From contig NW_026889750.1 of assembly GCF_033153115.1 (NCBI RefSeq), positions 41,478,001-41,542,000 of the forward strand: 64,000 bases of DNA, read 5' to 3'. This DNA comes from Saccostrea echinata (taxonomy: Eukaryota). Positions 54,969 to 64,000 of this stretch are shown here, one piece after another. The notes beneath the pieces were generated by a model that saw only the letters and a list, made by a program, of their open reading frames with translations, had not been told where the DNA came from and did no database searches. A program made the position numbers and the translations under genes. Positions within the stretch are counted from its first letter, which is position 1. Each line of letters opens with the position of its first letter.

Positions 54969-55352
54969 CTACAAGTTTAATGAGACGAATGTTAAATCAT
55001 TTGCAGACACCTTACCTTCTGGTCAGCCACCACACTGCGGTCCTTTCGACAAGCCACATTGCCCACTTCAAAAAATTTGAATTAATTATGTGTTACTCAA
55101 AACCTGTATGCATTCATGTACATCTTCAATTCCTATTTCATAGTAATTAATTACATGATTAATGAATGGACAGTATCATATATAAAACTATGGATACAAA
55201 ATACAGAGTTACTATGGTTAGCATTTTTTATGAAGATTAACCATATGATGTTTAGCTAATTACAAGGTGACGGGGGGGGGGGGGGGGTGGCGGTAGCTTT
55301 GAAATCCCAACTAAACCATCTTTTTCTGAACTCCTTAATATTGACAAGTTAC

Positions 55353-55496
55353 CTGGCAGGTTGCTGATTTCTGCGTCTGTCCTCTGGAACAGCCAGCCAA
55401 TGTGAGGGATCGGGTATCCTGCAGCTTCACAGATCAGAACCACATTGTCTCCAGTAACGTTGGTTACGCTGTCTGGTCCAGTCAGGATACGAGGAG
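55353..55496 (-). CDS. IGFBP-Kazal-Ig protein, exon 2 (Ig domain, first half)
   Basis: Acceptor TTTCAG|CT, donor CCAG|GTAACT; APRILTGPDSVTNVTGDNVVLICEAAGYPIPHIGW...NLPG. Confidence 0.93.
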
Positions 55497-55733
55497 CTGA
55501 AATGTTTAAAAGTATACAACTTTGAACATTTAGATTCTAATGGAGTGTTAGGATATAAGTTCAATATATCTATAGTATTAACAGAAAGATTCTTTTGTAT
55601 AACATACAGCAGTCATATGTAACAGTTATTCCTTATCCAAGCCTTTTCTTCTATTTGTTAGTCGACCGACTTTAGTCGTGGTTCTGAATTTTAAACATAA
55701 CAGGGATCTATGTATAGTGCATATAGATATTAC

Positions 55734-56151
55734 CTGATTTGCACGGTCCGGAGCTCTGGACTTTTAGATCACGTCCTTTCTTGGTTTGGGCCTCTCTGAG
55801 CTTACAGATGCTGGTGTATGTGACGTCATCGGTACCACAAAGGTTATCCTGATAGTCACAGACACACACTCCCAAATCTTTGTTGCTTTCCATCTGAACA
55901 CAGGTAAGGTAGTCGCCACATTTTGGGTACTTGTCCCCCTGTCCCGGCAAATCACAGACCTCCCCCTCAGCCTGGGCGCACACCTGACAACATTTACACC
56001 TATCACGGGTGATTCCTGCCTTACAAACCATGTCTTCCTGGCTAGGACAGGCACTGCGATCGCAGACCCCGCAGTCAGCAGGGATATCAATTTGTCCCAT
56101 TGAAAGACAAAGGAACCCCAAGAAACACGAAAGAAACACCACTCCGTTCAT
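55734..56151 (-). CDS. Secreted IGFBP-related protein (IGFBP7/KAZALD1/IGFBPL1 family), exon 1; full CDS join(56151..55734,55496..55353,54968..54795,54442..54399), 259 aa
   Basis: Hydrophobic signal peptide MNGVVFLSCFLGFLCLSMG; IGFBP N-domain C..CD...CP....C..G...DRCKCCQVCAQAEGEVC...CGDYLTC; Kazal CVC..LCGTDDVTYTSICKL..GPC; donor TCAG|GTAATA. All introns are phase 1 and the frame is consistent (780 nt). Confidence 0.94.
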
Positions 56152-56264
56152 CCTGAATTAGTAGATATCGTCCCCCGATCTTTAATTCCAATGGACGAAA
56201 CACTAAGGAGAACCTCCTAAATGTTTCTTAGTATTCAGAAATCCGTCGGAAAACAGTTGATGAA

Positions 56265-56275
56265 CAAAATGGCGG
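56265..56275 (+). promoter_or_regulatory. YY1-type motif in a candidate bidirectional promoter
   Basis: CAAAATGGCGG lies 114 bp upstream of the IGFBP-like ATG, in a CpG-richer patch between two divergent genes. Confidence 0.4.
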
Positions 56276-57234
56276 ATTTTTGGAAGTGGGGAGTCTTCGA
56301 CTGCACTGTGTTTATGCCAAAGATAAAATATTGGGGGCTCCCTAGGGATAATATATTCTCTGTGCAGCTTTTATCTGTTCGATCGCAGTGATTATCACAC
56401 AGCCATAAAGCTACCATGAATCACAGCGCCTTATCTTAATTCCTCTAGTCCGAGGCGATGATAGTAAACGATAAGTAAAGCAACTGTACCCTCGACGTGC
56501 CTCATCGCAATCTGGTGAGAACAGCAAGATGTTTTACTCATAACTACGGCATCGGTGGAATTTCCCATTCTGAAATGAGGGGAGTACAATACACCATTCA
56601 ATGTTATAAGGACCATACCACTTATTTACAGGAAATTAAGTAGATGACCAAGTGCATATCAAACCTAAGTTATGACGAATATTACAATTATTAAAAGCAG
56701 TAAAATTGGAAAGAATGAATTTAAACAGAAAAAATGAAATAAAAAAACACTTATCACAATAAATGCTAATAACTCATTTTGAAGGTGTTTTGCCCCCCCC
56801 CCCCCCCCCGTGCGCCACCACCACACTTTTAAAAAAATAATGTCATACAATAAGTGTCCTATTTGTTCATATATTAATAACCAAGCGATTTTATGCATAC
56901 AAGAGGCATTTGCGTTTGTAGAAAATGGTTGAATTTCAGTAGAATTGTTGGAACTAGAAAATCCCCTTACCCAAGGCCTGGAATTAAGAAATACACTGTA
57001 CATAAACAAATCTTTCAAAAAAGTTTTGATAAATGCTATTTATTATCTACCATTTCAATAAGTTCCGTGCAGAAAATTGTTGAACTGGGTCCAAAAACTT
57101 GACACTTTAAACAATTCTTTATCTTTTCCATTGAACCAACTTTCTCGACGATTGATTTACACATTATCTAACAAAACCTTTGTAATTGCTGTCGATCGTT
57201 TTCGCAATCAATTTAAAAATTTGTAGATAGGAGC

Positions 57235-57264
57235 ATGCTGGTTAAAACCATGGCCAAATATGAA
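57235..57264 (+). CDS. NlpC/P60-like gene, predicted first coding exon (MLVKTMAKYE)
   Basis: TTGTAG acceptor at 57226, ATG at 57235, consensus donor GAA|GTAAGT; phase 0, matching the acceptor at 59227. Confidence 0.55.
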
Positions 57265-57729
57265 GTAAGTTTTAAATGTTCTCAAGGGTCTTTAGTTTAT
57301 AATTTAGAAACCTAGTCTACAGGGTTCTAAGTTTTCTATTTAGTGAATTGTTGTGCTAAATTACGCTATTGTACATGTACGATATCCCTGTTGGATATTT
57401 TCCCTTTACTTTTATTGTATTTGAAGGCTTTGTTTTTATGTGAATTCAAATATTGTACTGTATAAAAACAAAGATCGTAATGGGGATTATAAATGCAAGT
57501 TGTCTTAGGTGTAAGTAGGTTCGCAGTTGTCTCCCGATTCCACCGTTTTTTTAATCTTATAATCAACTATTAAGTTTTGTATTATTATTACTAAAGTTTA
57601 ATAACGATTTAATGTATATATAACGATGATATGTTAATAAATCTGAAAGTTGAAGGTGTTAAAAGCACCCAGATGCATTCCGTATGTAACGTGAGAAGAA
57701 GGAATGGTTTCTGTTTCATATCAATTGTA

Positions 57730-58054
57730 CAGGCAAATGGTACCAGGGGCTGCCCCCCCCTTCTTTTTTTCCAAGCATAACCTTTTACTATTGAAAATGT
57801 TCAATGAAATGCTGGTTGCCCCCACCCCCCTTTTCCCATTTTTTGCTGTAGCATAGTTATATCATGGTAATTTGGTAACGTATCAATAAAATTAAGTTGT
57901 GAAAGGAAGTTGGAACCCCCCCCCCCCCCTTCACGAAATAGGATTTTCGATTTTGGACAACTTTTTGCTTGTCACGTTTTACGTTTTTCAGGTAAGCTAT
58001 CAATTTTTTCTCTGGTTGCCCCCCCCCCCTTTCAAAAACGATACTACGTGCCTG
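57730..58054. mobile_element. MITE with CAGGC..GCCTG termini and a 5-bp TSD (second complete copy)
   Basis: TTGTA|CAGGC ... CTACGTGCCTG|TTGTA; shares GCTGGTTGCCCCC, TTTTGCTGTAG and TTTGCTTGTCA with 53167-53411. Confidence 0.8.
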
Positions 58055-59227
58055 TTGTATGATTGGGAATGAAAATCTCTATATGAAATATGAGGTACAG
58101 TTATTGATGTTAAGAGGGACCGACCCTTCTTAAAAGAAAGATAGCTTTCCAAGTAAAAAATCAAAATTAAAGTTTAATGAGTTATTGTTAAGACACACGT
58201 CAAACATTATCAAGAAAGTTTAGAAAATTTGCATTTGAGCAGGTTTATATACCTTTTCACTCTCTTTCACAAATGTGCACCGAAACAATTGCTGGATTTT
58301 AACAGGGTATTGGAGTCTCCCCATTTTTTTTTTCTAAAATAAACTCAAATGTTCAATTGGTGTCATATTTTTCATTTTATTAGCACAAAAATATGGAGAT
58401 GTTAGGGGCTTCGCCCCCTGTATTCTTAGAATAAAATTAAAACAAAATCAATTAAATGAATGAAATGAATCAGACAAATTTTTGATATAGGGGGCGTTGA
58501 AGCCCCAACAAAAAATCCTGGACCCGCCACTGGAAAGAACTGAAAATACGGATGCATATAAGTACATATATTCCTTTCTAAGATATGTAGAATTACTTTT
58601 TTGTCAATTCAACACATAATGGTACATTACAATCATGACGATGTTATGTGTGTCAAAGGGATAGGATACTAGTAAAAGCCCTATCAAAAAATTATCAGCC
58701 CAACCCACCCAACTCGACAAGCGCCATGCGTTTTTTTTTTGTACAACCCTCTTCTTTCAGATGTTTATTACATGCATTCCTTTTCTTCAATTTTACTTTA
58801 TTGTATTTTTTCTGAAATATATTACAATTTTAAAGGGAAAAAAACCCATACAAATGTATAAATACATGTATGAACATGTTGTAGCATAACATATTTGTAT
58901 TGTCTTGGGATCAATGACAATAATTTGGACACTTGACACTGGTATTGTCTATGATTATTAACGCTGAATACAATATTATATAACTGTTTATGTAACTGTT
59001 TATATACATATTTATATATATAAAAAAACAATGTATATTGTGAATTATGTTTAAATTGTGCATTTATATATGTGGAAATGCCTCTCGGGGCCCTTGATTG
59101 GTAAATAAAATAGCTTATATCTTGTATTTTGTACAGTGTATTATAGTATATATGTAATCAATTTGTTGTTCAACCTTTTTAAGACTGGGAAGCAACGTAC
59201 ATCCGTTTTCATACTCTCTTTGATCAG

Positions 59228-59424
59228 CTTGCAGGTGGCTTGATTGTAACAGAACGTGTTTCTCCCAATATCCGGATGTACTATGTCGCCAAGCACCATG
59301 TTGGGAGTCTGCTTTGGTCCTCTGACAGCGATTTTCACAAAGGAAACAAAAAGGACAAATCTGCCATGTTTGTATATGATGTTATAAGGGAAGCTGATCT
59401 GGCAGCGCCATGTCAGAAACCTTG
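59228..59424 (+). CDS. NlpC/P60-CHAP-like (papain fold) protein, exon 2
   Basis: Pyrimidine tract then CAG| acceptor; LAGGLIVTERVSPNIRMYYVAKHHVGSLLWSSDSDFHKGNKKDKSAMFVYDVIREADLAAPCQKPW; donor TG|GTAGGT. Confidence 0.8.
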
Positions 59425-59592
59425 GTAGGTATATACAAATAAATGAAATAAAACTAATGCATCATTTCACAATTTCCCCTCCCTTTCTCCAATATCTTTG
59501 ATTAAAAGTAAAAATGATTCTAAATTAGTTATTAACTAATAAAACGGAATTTCCTTTTCAAAATTTGGGTACATTGTGATGATATGTTTTAG

Positions 59593-59887
59593 GTTTAGTG
59601 GATACTCCCCGGCGCATTCATCGGAGTGGGGAGACAGGAAGTCCCAAATCATTCATGCGTGTCGGAACTTCCACACCGTATCCATTCCAATGCGAGGCGA
59701 TATTGTGGCGTTCCCCAACAATAATGGCCAAACACACTGTGGCATTGTATCTACGGGCGGGTGTTTCATAGGAACTTCAGACAAAAGAATTGTGGAGACT
59801 AAAATACCTTCCTTTACAAAGAGGGTGTTCTGGCGGTATATCGGCAACGTACCCAGTACCAGCAGATTATTTGAAAAATTCAAATGA
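59593..59887 (+). CDS. NlpC/P60-CHAP-like protein, exon 3; predicted CDS join(57235..57264,59228..59424,59593..59887), 173 aa
   Basis: Acceptor TTTTAG|G completes the Trp codon; FSGYSPAHSSEWGD...PMRGDIVAF......HCGIVS..CFIGTS...VFWRY; stop TGA. Confidence 0.8.
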
Positions 59888-60312
59888 GATGGTGGATGTA
59901 GTCTTGTCTCCATTGTAACTGTGTGTGAACTACTTCAACCTCTTCATTTCATCCAATAGAGCGTTATGTTATAAGAGAGGAAAACTTTTGAGATGTTTGT
60001 GGTATTGTTGGTATATTGTGGAAATATAAATAACTAAAATCTGCTGTAGGAGAACTGAGATAGCTACTTGTATTTGTGAAATTGCATGAATCATTATATT
60101 TGAGAAACTACATGTATGTCATTTGTATTTTGCGTGGAAAGTCAAGATACTGTGGAAGCAGCACCGAATTTATAATGCATAAATCCCAAATTGTGTAGGA
60201 GTATTTTGACCAAAATCTTACTTGTATTGTTGAAATATCATCAAACAATGGCCCATATGTCTACTAGATTGTATCCTTACAGTCCCAATTTGATGACTGG
60301 TAATAATTAGCT

Positions 60313-60399
60313 CAATCGGAACATCACTCGGCCTTTTTCCATGTTTCCGTCAAGTTCCGGAAAAAAACGACGGAAAAGGCCGAGTGAGGTCCAGATTGT
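60313..60399. mobile_element. Very short foldback/MITE
   Basis: CAATC.GGA.C.TCACTCGGCCTTTT(T)CC / GGAAAAGGCCGAGTGAGGTCCAGATTG inverted arms around a ~30-bp spacer. Confidence 0.6.
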
Positions 60400-61475
60400 A
60401 CTAAATATCTGTACTAAACTGGGTTATCATACTTCTGTTATAAAAATGGATCCTTTAAAAAAATGAAGACTTTTTTAGTTTGAATATTCACATATAGCAA
60501 AGCTATTCCTGGGAATAAAATATTCTATCAACTCACTAAAAATATACTTATAGAATAGAATAGAAAAGGATTTATTACCAAATCAGGGCCCAATGGGCAT
60601 AAACATATAACATGTATAATTACAGATAAGATAACGGACAGAATACAACATATAATGAAGAGCAATTCTTCCATTTAGTACATTGGTGGTGTTTTTAGTT
60701 TCATATGTAGACATAGGTTGTTTTGATTTAAGATATATCTGTACCTTCAATTGATACAACTTAATGTGCAATCATGTGCATTATTACCATTAATATTATA
60801 CATATAACTGAACACATTAAAAAAAAGATACATCAACAAGAGGCAGCAAGAGTCGGTGCTAAAGGATATACAGAAATCCACTTCTGCCTCATGTAGAATA
60901 AACAGATACATAATCTATGGAAAAGAGTATTAAAAAACAAAAACAAAAACAAAAACAAAAAAACAAAAACAAAAACAAAAAAAACACACAATAATAATAA
61001 CAATAGCAATAACAATGATAATAATAATTTAAAAAATTGTATGTTGAATGCCATGTGTAAATTATATTAAACTGCAATAAACAGCAAGAGTCAGTGCTGA
61101 AGGATAGTATTATTATTATTTTAATTAATCCACTTCTGCTCAATGCGGAGTATACAACACACGCATATTAACAACATAACATACTATAGTATAAGTAGTG
61201 AATTAAAGTACATGGAAATGAAAGTCGAGATCAACATGTGACTTTGAATTTGTCTAACTACATATGACTTATAAATTCACACAAATTGCACAGCACATCA
61301 ACATCTTCACAGTTCATTAACCATAAAAATTGGTTACTTTTAGACATACTATTAAAAAGATGAGATCTCAGAGATATTGTGGAGAGTAAATTAATTCTTG
61401 ATAGACTATGGCATTGACATTATATGGACATATATTTAATAATCTTGAATTAAATGTTCACGTTCAGCAACGCTA

Positions 61476-62778
61476 CACTTTAAAAAATGTGCTTAGGAAA
61501 TAAACACTTCTATTACGTGTTTAGATCTAAACGTGTTTGATATTGTGTTTAACAACAAAACACTTATGTCTAAATGTATTTAAAATCTATATGCGTTTAG
61601 ATATTGAACATGTTTTTTGTTTTAAATTCGGTCAAGTGCAGAGTTATCTTCCCGGAAATGATACATATTTGAACGTTAATAAGCGCGGTTGTCGAAACAA
61701 AGAAAATCACAACAAAACAGTAAACGATGTTTTCAAGAAAGCTGATGAGAACTTGAGTGCCAACCACCGCAGAAATAGTGAAAAACATGTGAAAGGCTCA
61801 TTGTTATTGCTGTAGGGTATGTATACTTTTGTTTTAATATTAAATAAACATGATGAGCAAAGTAAATAACATTGCACTTTATATCAAGGATGTCTTTCGG
61901 TGTTATGTCATGTATTCATAAATGAGAGTAAATATTGAATCTATATAGTTGCAATAATATTTATTTAAACATTTTTATAATATGCTTAGTAATTAATGTA
62001 AAACTTTAGCATGTTCAGTGAGGAACACATACTTTTACTTAAATGCAACGTACGTCCTTTCTTACAGGTTAACTTAATTGGATAGCCGACAGAAAGAACA
62101 AAATTCATTTCTGATAATGGATGTGAGTTATACTGCCGTAGAAAATACCTTCAAGATTATCCAGATACTCTGCTGCTTTGTTTACATCACGACGGATTTG
62201 AAATAGTGATCCGTATTGCATCACACTGCAAGAAGCACACTATAGCTGGAGTCTTTTACATGTATATTTACTTTGTATTGTGCTACTGGTACAAAATGCA
62301 GACAATTCAACACAATTCAACAACTTGGATGTTACTAACTCTTTAGATGCCAGTTATTTTTATATGTCAAAACTTCTAAAAGACTTTGTAAAAAACAATT
62401 GAAACCATTCACAAGTAAAAGGAATTCCACCGAACAATGATTCCGTGACTGCGTGAGAACACTTTACTGTGTGTTAGGCCTTTTTTTTTTCATTTTAATA
62501 TGATGTTTAGAAGTAAATAAAACTTAAAACGGACACACCTGTATATTTTTGGTTTTCTTGCAGATCCTTGTTTAAAACATTGAAGTGTTTAGCTTCTAAA
62601 CGCGAATCTAAGTGTTTAGAATTGTGTTTAAACTCTAAACATGTATGTATTTAGGTTTAAAACACTTTCCATTACGCGTATTGAAATTCAACATGTTTGA
62701 AATTTAAACGCATTAAAAAAAGTGTGACAAGAATGTGTTTAGAAATGTGTCTATCATCTAAACACATTTTTTACAGTG
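61476..62778 (+). mobile_element. Deleted CACTA/EnSpm-type DNA transposon with a transposase remnant
   Basis: TIR CACTTTAAAAAATGTGCTTAG / CTAAACACATTTTTTACAGTG, TA on both flanks; subterminal TGTGTTTA/TAAACAC repeats; ~62105-62260 reads YPDTLLLCLHHDGFEIVIRIASHCKKHTIAGVFY, resembling the EnSpm motif LY.DDFE..NPLGS...KHK...FY. Confidence 0.75.
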
Positions 62779-62871
62779 TACATATGGGTATGAAATGTCC
62801 TATCCATCCTTCAGGAAAAATGTATTCACATGTACATCAGTAAATAAAACGCTTATCCATGAAGATCTTAA

Positions 62872-63650
62872 AGGTGCTTGGACACAGATTTGAAGTTAAT
62901 ATTTTCTCAGATTTTCTGTATAATATCATGACTTATATGTTGCTATAGCATTTCATACTAAAATATAATAAAAATCTTATTTCATGTCGAAGTTATTGAA
63001 ACTTCAAATTTCTGGACGCGTTTGATTGACACATCCTTGCATTTTCACAATTTTTAATTTTATTCTTAATACTGAAGAAAAGTAGCAGTTTTGTTGTGTA
63101 TTAATGAAAAGTATTAAAACTATAATCCAGAAAATTCAGAGTAGAAATGTTCGAAAGCAAAACCCACTCACAGTATTGTCAGTCCGTGCCTAGTGGTGTG
63201 TGCAGACTTTAACAATTGAACACACCCGGTGAATCGTAAACATTAACAATAACAGAGCTCGTGCCCTGTTTACAGAAACAGTTTACATTTCACGGGTGTA
63301 TTCAATTTGTTAAACTCTGTACACAACACTGAGCACGGGCTGACGATATTAGTGAGGGGGTTTGTTTTCGCACATTTCTACTCTGAATTTTCTGGATTAT
63401 AGATGTAATGTTTTTCATTAATACAAAACAAAATCGCTTTTTTTCTTAAATATTAAGGATAAAGATAAAATTTGTGAAAGTGCAAGGATGTGTTAATCAA
63501 ACGCGTCCAGGAATTCGTAGTTCCAATAATTTCCAGATAAAATAAGTTTTTAGCTATATTTTCGTGTGAAATGCTATTGCAATATATAAGTCGTGATATT
63601 ATACAGAAATTTTGAGAAAATATTAGCTTCAAATCTGTGTCTAAGCACCT
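62872..63650. mobile_element. Kolobok-type foldback MITE, 779 bp
   Basis: TTAA|AGGTGCTTGGACACAGATTTGAAG ... CTTCAAATCTGTGTCTAAGCACCT|TTAA; imperfect inverted arms extend ~370 bp, almost to the centre. Confidence 0.88.
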
Positions 63651-64000
63651 TTAAACCTTTGACAGGAGTTATTCCAGGACAAATCCTCTGGGGGTAGTTT
63701 CTGTCGCGGTTTTAATAAAAGAACTATCCCACTCACAGCCACTTTCGAAAGAGCTAAACAACTAGACAATGTAAGATACCTTAGGTATAATTGGTATATC
63801 CTATTTTATTTGAAAGGGGGGGGGGGTAAGTGCACAGTTGAATATGTGCAGCTAAGCGATTGCAAGGTCCAACCCGAAAAAAAATGATTCAATACAGGTA
63901 TACTAGTAATCTAAATTACATGTATCAAGAAAAATAGTTAAAAGGGAAATTATGTCCCGACATTCCCTAGGGTAGGATTGAGAGCACACTCCGGTCCTCT

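Noticed and set aside
55764-56103. 108-aa and 105-aa ORFs overlapping IGFBP-like exon 1
   Set aside because: Alternative-frame and antisense shadows of a real exon.
60833-61143. Hydrophobic, membrane-like ORFs
   Set aside because: Produced by (AAAAAC)n and (AAT/AAC)n simple repeats.

Overview
AT-rich animal genomic DNA with introns and two N-gaps; the repeat families suggest a bivalve, probably an oyster (inference). Three protein-coding genes can be assembled from splice signals and reading frame. (1) A two-exon Zic/odd-paired zinc-finger transcription factor, - strand, join(21367..20506,15692..15151), 467 aa, in a ~50 kb region with no other recognisable host gene. (2) A four-exon secreted IGFBP-Kazal-Ig protein of the IGFBP7/KAZALD1/IGFBPL1 family, - strand, 56151..54399, 259 aa. 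(3) Divergently next to it, a small three-exon gene, + strand, 57235..59887, 173 aa, whose product resembles an NlpC/P60-CHAP papain-fold amidase with Ser at the usual catalytic Cys position; this is the most interesting candidate here. The 42-64 kb part is dense in transposon relics: a tRNA-SINE, Penelope-like RT fragments, a hAT element with a perfect 8-bp TSD, PIF/Harbinger, Kolobok-type, CACTA/EnSpm and Helentron-like elements, a 5-bp-TSD MITE family and a 29-bp minisatellite. Other signals: a uORF whose stop overlaps the Zic ATG, a genome-like excess of TACATGTA with CATG-containing insertions in dead ORFs, and several long palindromes. All family assignments come from motif recognition by eye, not database searches.
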